Notes under the pieces: generated by a model
The model's database searches: none
The model's input: the letters and a program-made list of their open reading frames with translations, nothing else
What the model was told of the DNA's origin: nothing
Assembly (NCBI GenBank): GCA_043823745.1
Contig: JBDRAN010000032.1
Span: forward strand, 1 to 63,096
Direction of reading: 5' to 3'
Source of the DNA: Candidatus Omnitrophota bacterium
Lineage (GTDB): Bacteria > Omnitrophota > Gorgyraeia > Duberdicusellales > 4484-171
Length of the DNA stretch: 63,096 nucleotides
Part shown: positions 48,904-58,602 of the stretch, piece after piece
Position numbering within the stretch: the stretch's first letter is position 1
How the letters are laid out: the number at the start of each line of letters is the position of its first letter
Program-made: the position numbers and the translations under genes

Positions 48904-51082
48904 GCGATTTTCTGAAAAATAGGACCATAGGCGCCGCGATATAAACCGTTGAGTATATACCGGAGATAAAACCGACCAGGAGCGTAAAAGAAAAACCCTT
49001 GAGCGCTTCTCCGCCTAAAAGATAGATCGCGACAACCGTTATTATTACGGTAAACGATGTAATGATAGTGCGGGAGAACGTTTCGTTCGTTGCTTTATTG
49101 ATAATTTCCGCAAGCGACGATTTATGCATTTTAGGCGAAATCTCCCTGATGCGATCATAAATAATAATTGTATCGTTGATAGAATAACCGGCTATGGTCA
49201 GAAGGGCCGTGATCGTCAAAAGATCGATCTCATAGCCAAAAAACGAAATAAACGAGATACTGATAACAATATCGTGAAATATCGCAACGACACCGGCAAA
49301 GCCGAAATCAAAATGTTTGAATTTAAATGCGACATACACCATGATTCCGATCAACGAGAGAATAATAGCAATAAGGGCTTTTTCTTTCAAAACTTTACCG
49401 ACCGCGGGCCCAACCGTTGTTACGGTTAAACGCTCGACATTCTCAAAATTATTCTTTAAAACTTCTTCCGACTGATCAGCGATATCGTTTTTGCTTTTAA
49501 GAATGACCCCGCCATCGATATCCCTGAAATCTTGAAGCGAGATATCCGCTAAACCATTCTCTCGAAGAACCTTTCGGACATTTTCCATATTGGGCGGCGG
49601 GGTTATCTTATATTCAAGCACTTGGCCACCGCGAAAGTCGGTACCAAAAATAACAGCGCGGCGGGAGTAAAAATGCAACATACCAGCAGTAATAATGATT
49701 AATGAAACAATGAAACAAATATTACGGACCTTCACAAAATTAATATGCGTAGCCTTAAAGAGTCGTAACATCGGCATGCGCGTAAGCCCCATATTCAAAA
49801 AGATGCTAAAAATAGTCTTACCGACCCAGACCGCGGTAAAAATGCTAATGATATTTCCCAGTATCAAAGTTGTAGCAAACCCTTTGATAGGACCGGTTCC
49901 GAAAATAAAAAGAAAAAAAGCGGCAATGATCGTAGTGACATTTGAGTCATAGATAGCGCTTTTGGAACGCTCAAAGCCGTTCTTCACCGCTACGCTTAAG
50001 GGCTTTTTTGCATCAAGTTCCTCCCGGATACGTTCGTAAATCAAGACGTTGGCATCGACTGCCATGCCAAGTGTCAGAATCATGCCGGCGATGCCGGGCA
50101 GCGTTAGCGTTCCGTGCAATAAATGCAGCCCTGCCAAAATGAGTAGTAAATCGAGTATAATCGCAATAACCGCAACGATACCCCCCATAAAATAATAAAT
50201 AAGCATGAATGCGGCGACAAAGACTGCGCCTAAAATCGTCGCGCCGATCCCGCGGCGTATAGAATCAGAACCCAGAAGCGGTCCAACGCTGCGCTCTTCT
50301 TCGATGGTCAGCGGAACAGGGAGCGCTCCTGAATTAAGCACCGACGTTAACACGGTTGCGTCGTCCATTGAAAAATCGCCCGTAATCTCTGCTTGGCCGC
50401 TGCCGATTGCCTCTCGTATGCCCGGAGCACTCATGACCGTACCGTCGAGAATGATCGCGAGGCGCCTGCCGACATTTTCTTCGGTTGCTTTGGAAAATTT
50501 TTTTGCTCCTTCTGCGGTAAATTGAAGCTTGACCGACGGAAGCCCCATCGAATCAAATCCGACGTAACTGGAGGCAAGATCTGATCCGGTAAGTGCCGGC
50601 ATTTTAACAAGAAGCATACTCGAATTTTTATGTTCCGTAAGCTCGTAACCGTCGGGAATGGTCCCTTTCATTGCTTCGGTAAGTTTCGTCGGGTCATCCT
50701 CAACAATTTTAAAATCAAGTTTTCCAACTTCTCGGAGGCGCTTGATAATTTCCCGATCCATCGTGCCCGGGATTTGCACGAGGATTGAGTTGTCTCCCTG
50801 AGGCGTAATCGATGTTTCCTTAACACCAAAATCATCGACACGATTGCGGATTTTTTCAACCGCGCCGCCGATTGCGTCGGCGATTTTATCTTTCGCAAGC
50901 CCACTCGTATCAGCGCGCAACAAAACGTACATCCCCCCTTTCAAATCCAGGCCTAAGTTAATATTTTTTTCGAATGGAAAAACGAAAAAAATACCAGCGA
51001 CCGTCAGGCCCGCGATAATCAGGATTCTCCAGTTTAGATCGGTGCGCTTTATCATCATACGAGCTCCCTCCTTGTCAAACAC
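48896..51082 (-). CDS. secDF: fused protein-export membrane protein SecD/SecF
   Basis: 728 aa. It has two six-TM blocks with SecD and SecF patterns (LGLDLKGG; ILDLLLILAG; TIAGYSINDTIIIYDRIRE). Confidence 0.92.
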   Translation of the reverse strand: MFDKEGARMMIKRTDLNWRILIIAGLTVAGIFFVFPFEKNINLGLDLKGGMYVLLRADTSGLAKDKIADAIGGAVEKIRNRVDDFGVKETSITPQGDNSILVQIPGTMDREIIKRLREVGKLDFKIVEDDPTKLTEAMKGTIPDGYELTEHKNSSMLLVKMPALTGSDLASSYVGFDSMGLPSVKLQFTAEGAKKFSKATEENVGRRLAIILDGTVMSAPGIREAIGSGQAEITGDFSMDDATVLTSVLNSGALPVPLTIEEERSVGPLLGSDSIRRGIGATILGAVFVAAFMLIYYFMGGIVAVIAIILDLLLILAGLHLLHGTLTLPGIAGMILTLGMAVDANVLIYERIREELDAKKPLSVAVKNGFERSKSAIYDSNVTTIIAAFFLFIFGTGPIKGFATTLILGNIISIFTAVWVGKTIFSIFLNMGLTRMPMLRLFKATHINFVKVRNICFIVSLIIITAGMLHFYSRRAVIFGTDFRGGQVLEYKITPPPNMENVRKVLRENGLADISLQDFRDIDGGVILKSKNDIADQSEEVLKNNFENVERLTVTTVGPAVGKVLKEKALIAIILSLIGIMVYVAFKFKHFDFGFAGVVAIFHDIVISISFISFFGYEIDLLTITALLTIAGYSINDTIIIYDRIREISPKMHKSSLAEIINKATNETFSRTIITSFTVIITVVAIYLLGGEALKGFSFTLLVGFISGIYSTVYIAAPMVLFFRKSRV

Positions 51083-51095
51083 TCATTGCGTCGCA

Positions 51096-51386
51096 TTATG
51101 TCGTCTCGTGCTGTTTTTTAAGATAGGTGACCGCATTTTTATTAATTTCGATCTTTACGTTTTCGTCAATCCGCAAGGTAAACGTTGTTTCCTTAACGTT
51201 CATGACAGTTCCATGAATTCCCCCCGTTGTTACCACTTCATCGTTCTTTTTTATTTCATTCAGCATCTGTTTGTGTTGTTTCTGCTGCTTTTGTTGAGGC
51301 CTGATAATGATAAAATAAAAGATCAGGATCATGGGCGCAAAGAGAAACAATGTTTTAAACATCTCCTGGCTATTTCCAGATTGCAT
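51096..51386 (-). CDS. yajC: preprotein translocase subunit YajC
   Basis: 96 aa with a single TM helix. The segment KNDEVVTTGGIHGTV is typical of YajC. Confidence 0.85.
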   Translation of the reverse strand: MQSGNSQEMFKTLFLFAPMILIFYFIIIRPQQKQQKQHKQMLNEIKKNDEVVTTGGIHGTVMNVKETTFTLRIDENVKIEINKNAVTYLKKQHETT

Positions 51387-51422
51387 CGGACTCCTTTTTT
51401 TTGGGTGTTGTATACAGGCGGG

Positions 51423-51671
51423 TTATTTGCCGGCTGCTTTTTTTACTTTTTTATAGAGGGACTTAACCGTATCCGTGGGTTGAGCTCCCTTACTCACCCA
51501 TGCTTCATATAACCCAACGTCTAGTTTCAGAAGATCCTGTGAAGGGTCATAATACCCTAACTCTTCAATGAAACGAGCGTCGCGAGCACTTTGGCGCTCC
51601 ATAACGACAATTTTTGAATGATACCGCCCTTTGGTGACCTTACCCGGTCTTCGTAAACGAATTCGCAACAT
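51423..51671 (-). CDS. rpsP: 30S ribosomal protein S16
   Basis: MLRIRLRRPGKVTKGRYHSKIVV ... GYYDP. Confidence 0.95.
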   Translation of the reverse strand: MLRIRLRRPGKVTKGRYHSKIVVMERQSARDARFIEELGYYDPSQDLLKLDVGLYEAWVSKGAQPTDTVKSLYKKVKKAAGK

Positions 51672-51674
51672 ACC

Positions 51675-52016
51675 TTAATCCTCCTGTTCTTCATCGGAAA
51701 AAATAAATTCCGGTTGCACTACAGGCTTGTAGGGTGGCAGAAGAAACGTTGCCATTTCATAAACCCCGACGCAAAATCGACCTGCAGTATATGTTAAGCC
51801 TTTCACGGGACCCCAGAAAATTCCCGCGATATCCCCTTTTTCTTTATTGACTTTGATCGTTTGACGCGGTATTTCAACCCAACACAATGCGGTGTTTACC
51901 GCTCCACGTGTTATTTTTCGCAAGGGATTATTTTCGGTAATTTTCGGTTTTTCGGCATACAGGGGAAGTAAGAACAACTGGCCGATGAGTATCATTAAAA
52001 TTGTCCTCTTCCTCAT
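51675..52016 (-). CDS. small secreted protein resembling the exosortase-associated TIGR04073 family
   Basis: It has a signal peptide. KITRGAVNTALCWVEIPRQ...GPVKGLTYTAGRFCVGVYEMATF matches the family pattern as recalled from memory. Confidence 0.5.
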   Translation of the reverse strand: MRKRTILMILIGQLFLLPLYAEKPKITENNPLRKITRGAVNTALCWVEIPRQTIKVNKEKGDIAGIFWGPVKGLTYTAGRFCVGVYEMATFLLPPYKPVVQPEFIFSDEEQED

Positions 52017-52060
52017 AAGACACCTCCTTGCTTTACCATAGGATATAGTTCGAATAAAAT

Positions 52061-53536
52061 TTATTGCCCAGCCGCCAGGCGCACCGCTAAAATTTGCGCG
52101 GCTGCTTTATGTACGGTTTCTATGTACTCTTTGTGGGGAACGGAATCATATACAATCCCCGCTCCTGCCTGCACATAGGCGCGCCCATCTTTAAAAACTA
52201 TAGTCCGGATTATTATACATGTATCAAGGCTATTTGTGAAGGAAAAATAACCGACACAACCGCCGTAGAGACCGCGCGCCTCCGGTTCTAATTCGTTGAT
52301 GATCTGCATGGCGCGAACCTTCGGAGCGCCGCTTAAAGTTCCCGCAGGAAAACAGCTCACCAGGGATGAAAAAAGGTCGTTATCGGGATTAAGGCCGGCG
52401 GACACTTCGCTGACAATATGCATTACGTGAGAGAACCGCTCGACAGCCATAAATAACGGTACCGTTACCGTACCCTGCACCGCAACTTTTCCAATGTCGT
52501 TGCGCGCCAGATCCACGAGCATGATGTGCTCTGCTTTCTCCTTGGGGTCAGCGAGCAAGGAAGCCTCAAGCTTTTTATCTTCATCTTCGGTCGCTCCGCG
52601 CGGACGAGTTCCGGCGATAGGCCGCGTCGTAAGCTTTTTCTGATCGCAACGCACCAGCATCTCAGGGGAAGCACCGGCAATCTGCGTGTCGCCGAGATTA
52701 AAATAGAACATATACGGCGACGGGTTTAAGATGCGCAGGTAGCGATAGGCGTCAAAACTATCTTTCTTAAAATCAAGTGAAAAACGTTGCGAAAGCACGG
52801 TTTGGATAATTTCTCCCTCCCTGATGTATTTCTTTGCTTTATTGACGGCGCGCACAAAACTATGCTCGGTGAAGTTTGACCGGGGCCGTATTTGTTTTGC
52901 GTTGAACGCAAGAGATGAGAGCCTTTGCGGCACCAAGACCCGCGCGATGAGTTTTTCGAGATTTTGTTTCTCGCGCGCGTACCGGGCGTTAATACCTTGT
53001 TTCGTCGGACAGTGAACAAACGAAAGGATTTCGATATCGCGTTTGACATGATCAAAAATAATAAGATATTGGGGAAGCATAAAACAGGAATCAAACGTAT
53101 TAAGTGTGTCAGGTTGCGGCGAGCCGATGCGCTCATAGAAACGTACCGCATCATAACCGAGATACCCGACAAAACCACCGAAGAAACGCAGGCTTTCTTT
53201 TGGCGCTACAGAGTAAGAAGATATTATGCTCTTAAGCTCACTCAAGGGATCTTTTTGCGTCTTAAAAACTTTCTTTGTGCCGTTATTAACGTATATCGTG
53301 TAACCTTTGCTTTTTACCGTGCAGATCGGAGAAAACCCCAGGAATGAAAAACGGCAAACTTTTTCCTGTCCCTCTACGGACTCAAGAAGAAAACTCTCAC
53401 TCTTGTAGTATTGAGCGATACTATGATAGGTGGCCAGCGGCGTCAGCCAATCGGAATAGAATTTCGCCGAAAGCACAATGAGATTGTGTTTTTTTGTTAA
53501 CTTTTTAAAATCGTGGGCGGTGGGTTTTATTTCCAT
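52061..53536 (-). CDS. trpE: anthranilate synthase component I family (TrpE/PabB)
   Basis: 491 aa. Carries LLESVEG...RFSFLG and the C-terminal chorismate-binding motifs GGCVGYF and GAGIV. Confidence 0.8.
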   Translation of the reverse strand: MEIKPTAHDFKKLTKKHNLIVLSAKFYSDWLTPLATYHSIAQYYKSESFLLESVEGQEKVCRFSFLGFSPICTVKSKGYTIYVNNGTKKVFKTQKDPLSELKSIISSYSVAPKESLRFFGGFVGYLGYDAVRFYERIGSPQPDTLNTFDSCFMLPQYLIIFDHVKRDIEILSFVHCPTKQGINARYAREKQNLEKLIARVLVPQRLSSLAFNAKQIRPRSNFTEHSFVRAVNKAKKYIREGEIIQTVLSQRFSLDFKKDSFDAYRYLRILNPSPYMFYFNLGDTQIAGASPEMLVRCDQKKLTTRPIAGTRPRGATEDEDKKLEASLLADPKEKAEHIMLVDLARNDIGKVAVQGTVTVPLFMAVERFSHVMHIVSEVSAGLNPDNDLFSSLVSCFPAGTLSGAPKVRAMQIINELEPEARGLYGGCVGYFSFTNSLDTCIIIRTIVFKDGRAYVQAGAGIVYDSVPHKEYIETVHKAAAQILAVRLAAGQ

Positions 53537-53601
53537 TTTAATTCTGGTTAATGATTATACTGATTTTAATTATCGGGATCTTTTCGCAATCATGGTAATC
53601 C

Positions 53602-53952
53602 CTAAACAATCTTACGATAAAAACAGCTCCATTTCCCGGTATGACAGGCCACTCCGATCTGCTCGACCTTAACCAAGAGCGCGTCCTTATCACAGTCATA
53701 GTAAAGCGCTTTTACTTTCTGTACATGACCGCTGGTATCGCCCTTTCTCCAAAGCTCTTTGCGGGACCGAGAATAAAAACAGGTACGTTTCTCCTTGATG
53801 GTTATGTCGAGTGAATCCCTGTTCATGTACGCGATCATCAATACATCGCCGCTTTTTGCATCCTGAACAATAGCGGGAATAAGTCCTTTTTTATCAAATT
53901 TTAATTCCGGCAGTTTCGCCGCTAGAGCCTTTCTGTTTTTTGATTGCGCCAT
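53602..53952 (-). CDS. hisI: phosphoribosyl-AMP cyclohydrolase
   Basis: Carries [18 protein letters not shown] and CHTG. The start is set at MAQSK; the longest ORF extends to 54000 and overlaps hisF. Confidence 0.88.
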   Translation of the reverse strand: MAQSKNRKALAAKLPELKFDKKGLIPAIVQDAKSGDVLMIAYMNRDSLDITIKEKRTCFYSRSRKELWRKGDTSGHVQKVKALYYDCDKDALLVKVEQIGVACHTGKWSCFYRKIV

Positions 53953-53980
53953 TGTTTCCCGCCTTTTTAAGGTGACACCG

Positions 53981-54820
53981 TTACATTCTCGTTTGAACAC
54001 GGTTCTTTGTTAAGTATTCCTTAATTTGTTTAACACTAAATTCCCGAAAATGAAATATTGATGCGGCAAGGGCCGCCGTAGCATTCGTTTTTTTAAAAAC
54101 CTCACAAAAGTGTTTAGGATGCCCTGCTCCACCTGAGGCAATAACCGGAATTTTTACGGCTTCCGTAATGGCTCGGGTAAGCGCGATATCATACCCATCC
54201 TTTGTCCCATCATAATCCATGCTCGTCAGAAGTATTTCGCCGGCCCCTAAACGTTCTACGTTCCGGGCCCAGGCGATTGCGTCAATGCCGGTTGGGGTCC
54301 TGCCGCCGTTAATAAAGACTTCCCACTTTTCAGGCTTCACGCTACAAGCTTCAGGCTGCAGGATTTTTTTTATTTTCGTAATCAACCTACTTGTAGCCTG
54401 CGGCTTGCAGCTTGCAGCCTTTCTCTTGGCATCTATCGCCACCACAATACATTGACTGCCGAAAATCCTGCTCGCTTGAAAGATTATACGCGGGTTCTTA
54501 ATCGCGGCGGTATTAAGCGAAACCTTGTCCGCTCCAGCCAACAAAATTTTCCGGATATCTTCCGCGTTGCGTATTCCACCGCCCACCGTAAAAGGCATGA
54601 AAACGACTTCCGCTACTTTTTTAACTAAATCGATAGTTGTTTTCCGACATTCATGGCTTGCGGTAATATCAAGAAAAACAAGCTCATCCGCGCCCTGGCG
54701 TTCGTAAAACTGGGCATTTTTAATCGCGTCGCCCGCGTCGCGTAAATTAAGGAAATTAACTCCCTTTACTACTCTTCCCTTGTCAATATCAAGACAGGGT
54801 ATAATTCTTCGTGCCAGCAT
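53981..54820 (-). CDS. hisF: imidazole glycerol phosphate synthase cyclase subunit, with an enlarged loop
   Basis: Carries [15 protein letters not shown] and ASGGAG. About 27 extra residues lie between AIDAKR and WEVF relative to the compact Thermotoga-type HisF, as recalled. Confidence 0.9.
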   Translation of the reverse strand: MLARRIIPCLDIDKGRVVKGVNFLNLRDAGDAIKNAQFYERQGADELVFLDITASHECRKTTIDLVKKVAEVVFMPFTVGGGIRNAEDIRKILLAGADKVSLNTAAIKNPRIIFQASRIFGSQCIVVAIDAKRKAASCKPQATSRLITKIKKILQPEACSVKPEKWEVFINGGRTPTGIDAIAWARNVERLGAGEILLTSMDYDGTKDGYDIALTRAITEAVKIPVIASGGAGHPKHFCEVFKKTNATAALAASIFHFREFSVKQIKEYLTKNRVQTRM

Positions 54821-54878
54821 AGGCGGTAATTATATCATATGAGCTTGAAAATCAAAGATAAATTGCCGGACTCATCGA

Positions 54879-55274
54879 TTACCATAATTCACGTAAAACC
54901 CCCGTTAGGGTTCGCGCGGCGACATAACCGAAAAACACCAGGATAATTCCGAATGTATTAGCAATAGCTATATTAAGAAACATGATCCGGTATGCTCCTT
55001 CTCGAAAAAGATTAAAGTTTTCCAGACTAAACGTTGAAAAAGTGGTAAACCCGCCCAAAACGCCCATGAATATAAAAAGGCGCATATTCGGTGAAACGCT
55101 TAACCGCTCACGAATCCCCCATGCAAGACCAATTATCAATGAACCGGCGAGGTTAATCAAAAGCGTGTTAACGGGAAAACCTCCGCCTGAAAATTTATGA
55201 TCATATTCTGAAAGAATATACCGTAATAATGTGCCAATCGTACCGCCACAAGCGAGAACAAAAAACCTCAACAT
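54879..55274 (-). CDS. crcB: fluoride ion channel CrcB/FluC
   Basis: 131 aa with four TM segments. GGTIGTLLRY and GFTTFSTF match CrcB. It is preceded by a fluoride riboswitch. Confidence 0.9.
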   Translation of the reverse strand: MLRFFVLACGGTIGTLLRYILSEYDHKFSGGGFPVNTLLINLAGSLIIGLAWGIRERLSVSPNMRLFIFMGVLGGFTTFSTFSLENFNLFREGAYRIMFLNIAIANTFGIILVFFGYVAARTLTGVLRELW

Positions 55275-55282
55275 AGTAATTG

Positions 55283-55349
55283 CTCCTTGGATTACCTAGG
55301 AGTCATTAGCCTACATTGAGGCGGTTTAAGGCGAACCCCATCGCCTGAA
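55283..55349 (-). promoter_or_regulatory. fluoride riboswitch (crcB motif) with an SD-sequestering hairpin
   Basis: The minus strand reads CAGGCGATGGGGTTCGCCTTAAACCGCCTCAATGTAGGCTAATGACTCCTAGG, matching the GGCGAUGG..UUCGCC..AAAC..GCUAAUGACUCCUA consensus. CUCCUAGG can also pair with CCAAGGAG, which contains the SD. Confidence 0.85.
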
Positions 55350-55366
55350 ATCCTGACGATACGCTG

Positions 55367-56005
55367 TTACATAACAAGGCTTCGAATAGTCAGTTGTCGC
55401 AGATACGCATCGAGTGCGCGTCTGATCCGCGCGAAGTCGCGCTTTGCGAGCCACGTCTCTTTAAAAACGCCGCCGCCGATCGCAACCGCACTCGCACCAC
55501 AAGAAAAATACTCTTTCATGTTCGCGGGTGTCACGCCGGCGCACGCCATGAGCGAAATACTACCGAGGGGCCCTTTAATTGACCTAAAATATTCCGGTCC
55601 AAAACATTGAGCGGGAAAAACTTTAACCATCGTGGCGCCCGCATTCCACGCAGTATAGATTTCTTGCACCGTTAAAGCTCCGGGAAAAACAGGAATATTC
55701 TTTTTTCCGCAAAAACGAATGACATCTTTTACTAAAACAGGCATGACGATAAACGTGGCTCCACTCGCCAACGCTCGTTTTAAATCATTCATTCCAAGTA
55801 CCGTCCCGGCGCCGATGGTAAGGCGACCACGCGCATACCCAACGGCCCCGGCGATAAGGCCCGCGGCACTTTTTGTATTCATGGTTATCTCAAGGGTTTC
55901 AAGACCCGCGTCAATAACAGTATCGATAAGAGGCTTAAGGCTCTTTTTCTCAAGGCCGCGCACGATACCCATCACCGGTTTGCGCTTGAATCGAACTACA
56001 TCCAT
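55367..56005 (-). CDS. eda: KDPG / 4-hydroxy-2-oxoglutarate aldolase family
   Basis: 212 aa. Pattern: GLETLEITMNT...GAGTV...PGALTVQEI...GATMVKVFPA. Confidence 0.8.
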   Translation of the reverse strand: MDVVRFKRKPVMGIVRGLEKKSLKPLIDTVIDAGLETLEITMNTKSAAGLIAGAVGYARGRLTIGAGTVLGMNDLKRALASGATFIVMPVLVKDVIRFCGKKNIPVFPGALTVQEIYTAWNAGATMVKVFPAQCFGPEYFRSIKGPLGSISLMACAGVTPANMKEYFSCGASAVAIGGGVFKETWLAKRDFARIRRALDAYLRQLTIRSLVM

Positions 56006-56956
56006 TTATTCCTCTACTTCGCCGATCAAACTATCGTAAAAATCGAGATAATTTTCTTTTTTTTCGCTACTGCGCAAGGCAATCGCGGCGCGCGGATGCT
56101 CATCAAGTATCCCGGTTATCGCGTAGGGAATGATGTAGCCCCACTCAATTTTATCGCGGAGAGGAATAAACTCTTTGGAGATAAGGTCAAGTACCGGGCG
56201 AATATCGAACTTAGGATTTTTAAGGAATCCTAAGATTAACTCCAAGGGACAATTTCCCGCGCCTCTGCCAATACCGTAAACCGTACAATCGACAAAATTA
56301 GCATCATGTATGATGCCTTCGATCGTGTTGGCAAAGGCGAGCTGCTGGTTATTGTGTGCGTGTATCCCGATTTCCTTGTTCTGTATGATATCTTTTGCTT
56401 TTTTAATGAGATACTCCGTTGTCTCTTGATACAACGCCCCGTTGCTGTCAACGATATTAATAATATCGGCCTTGCATTCTCTATTAAGCTGCTGAAGAGC
56501 CTCGGTCAATTCATTGTCAAGGGCCCGGGAGATAGCCATAATATTAACTGCGGTTTCATACCCTTTGTCGGCGCAATGATTCGCCAGAAAAATCGCCTTA
56601 TCGATATCCTTTACGTAAGCTGCGGTTCTGATCATGGCGACAGGACTGTCCGTGCGAGGCAGAAGCGCATCAAGGTCAACCCTGTCGACATCGATCATAA
56701 CCGCTATTTTCGTCTTTGATTCGATTCCGTCGATGACCTTTCTGATAAGGTCATCGTCGCAAAACTTCCATGCGCCATATTCTTTTTCGGAAAATAGTTT
56801 TTTGGAGTTCTTGTAGCCTATTTCCATGTAGTCAACACCGGCAGCTGAAAGTGACTTATAGACTTCCCGCACAAACCTGAAATCAAAATCGTGGTTATTG
56901 ATAAGTCCCCCGTCCCGGATGGTACAATCAAGCACTTTAATCCTTTCTCTAAACAT
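56006..56956 (-). CDS. HMGL-like (DRE-TIM metallolyase) aldolase family protein
   Basis: Carries VLDCTIRDGG and GIHAHNN. The start is set at MFRERIK, preceded by AAGGAG. The longest ORF extends to 57055. Confidence 0.7.
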   Translation of the reverse strand: MFRERIKVLDCTIRDGGLINNHDFDFRFVREVYKSLSAAGVDYMEIGYKNSKKLFSEKEYGAWKFCDDDLIRKVIDGIESKTKIAVMIDVDRVDLDALLPRTDSPVAMIRTAAYVKDIDKAIFLANHCADKGYETAVNIMAISRALDNELTEALQQLNRECKADIINIVDSNGALYQETTEYLIKKAKDIIQNKEIGIHAHNNQQLAFANTIEGIIHDANFVDCTVYGIGRGAGNCPLELILGFLKNPKFDIRPVLDLISKEFIPLRDKIEWGYIIPYAITGILDEHPRAAIALRSSEKKENYLDFYDSLIGEVEE

Positions 56957-57085
56957 GATCTCTCCTTGGGCAGCAAGCCCACACTGGCGGACACCGGTAC
57001 AATTCCAATAAGCGCCAGGTGCTCTTAGGCCGGGTGTCGCATAAAAAATACACATCGGTCGTTCCGCTTCGACCGGGTGTTATAT

Positions 57086-57110
57086 GGACATTAGCCGAAT
57101 AGGACATTTT
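57086..57110. repeat. solitary degenerate copy of the IS terminal repeat
   Basis: GGACATTAGCCGAATAGGACATTTT resembles the right end of the IS (GGCCAATTAGGACATT) in the same orientation. It lies 43 nt outside the left direct repeat. Confidence 0.4.
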
Positions 57111-57152
57111 AACCTACTTAAAGCGGATAATTATATCATTCTTTTAGTATTC

Positions 57153-57179
57153 TACAACTAATCTTATCAATCTTGTCAA
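57153..57179. repeat. left direct repeat flanking the IS (candidate target-site duplication)
   Basis: TACAACTAATCTTATCAATCTTGTCAA compared with 58603-58628 TACACTAATCTTATCAATCTTATCAA: one indel and one mismatch. Confidence 0.7.
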
Positions 57180-58602
57180 GCCAATTTAGAAATGTCCTGT
57201 TTTAACCAAAATAGAAATGTCCGGTTTTCATGTTTTTAATAAGAGCGAATTTTCATTGTTAACCCTCACCGCCAATAACGCTTGTTGCCTCATAAAGCTG
57301 GCTTCTTTAAAGGGGTGATCCATCGATGGCCGCCACATACTTTTAGTTATACGCTCTTTCACCGGTTCTTTCTGCGATTGCTTACCGGTTATATCTTTAT
57401 AGCGTAACCTGCGGCCACGGTACACTAAATACATCCGGCCATTGAGTTTATTTTCAACTGCCACTTTTCGGGCAAGGGTTTTATCCAGTATTTGATAAAG
57501 CTTCTTGTTGTGCACTATCGTAAAATCGTTCCGTACCGTTCTGCTCGTCTTTACGCACAGTATTTCGTCTAATCTAAGCCCTTGAGGCACCACTCGGTGT
57601 ACATTCGTCCCTTGGGTCGGATTCACGCTGAATCGAGCGTTATGCGTATCCCAGTAGCTTCCTAAAAACTTGTTGGCTTCCTTGATACTGTTTATTCCTT
57701 TAAGGCGCATCTCTTTTACCAGCCGGCTTGGTCGGTTTTAAAGCTACGTTCTATCCTGCCTTTGGCTTGCGGCGAATTCGCATGGATTATTTCTATACCC
57801 AGCTCTCCCGCCGCACGTTCAAACTGGCTCATGCTTTGTTCATCAGTTAATTGTTCTTCTACACTTTGCTTAGCCTGCGATTTATATGTGCTGTGTTTAT
57901 CCACATAGATGCTTTGAGGTATACATTTTTCCGTATGTATCGTCTTAAGCTGTCTAGCGCAGGTACAGTCCCTTCATAAGCATAAAACCTGCCCCACTTT
58001 TTACTGGTGGCGTCGTCAATGTAACCCATCAGCACGCAGAGAGGACCGCGGTCTTCTAACCAGCGGTGGTGTGACCCGTCTATTTGCACCATTTCTCCAA
58101 AGCAATGTTTACGTTCACGCCACTGCCGGTATTTTTTACGCTGGCGCCGCGCTAACCATAGCTCTTCTTTGACAAGCCAGCCCCGCAGCGTTTCATCACT
58201 TACGTGTATCCCCTCGTTTTCAAAGAGCTTCTCGCAGGCGAATGTCGGCCCAAATCCATGGTATTTCTCCCGGCAGAGATTAATGACCCTCTCTTTTACT
58301 GCTACGTGTATCTTCCTGTTGCCGGGTTTACCGCGGCTTTTATGGATTATTCCCTGGTTGCCCTCGCCTCTTACCCGCTTTACGATACGCCGTATTTGCC
58401 GGTCGCTTAGATCGAGCTTCTGGGCTGCAACAACCTGTGCTAATTGCTTATCCAATACCTGGTGTATTACGTGTATCCGGATCAATTCCTTTTGGCTCAT
58501 TCGTACATCCTTTTCTGTCATAGCTACCTCCTTGCTGGAGTCTCACTATAACAGACTAGGACATTTCTACTTTGGCCAATTAGGACATTATCATATTGGG
58601 GT
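57180..58602 (-). mobile_element. ISNCY-family (IS1202-like) insertion sequence, about 1.42 kb, transposase inactivated
   Basis: Terminal inverted repeats of about 40 bp each contain two AATGTCC motifs (57181-57222 versus 58559-58602). The element is flanked by 26-27 bp direct repeats. Boundaries are uncertain by a few bp. Confidence 0.75.
57228..58521 (-). pseudogene. ISNCY-type DDE transposase split into three ORFs by two frameshifts
   Basis: The ORFs are 58521-57859, 57904-57716 and 57710-57228. The N-terminus is MSQKELIRIHVIHQVLDKQL..., followed by GEMVQIDGSHH. Frame breaks occur near 57900 and 57715. Confidence 0.8.
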
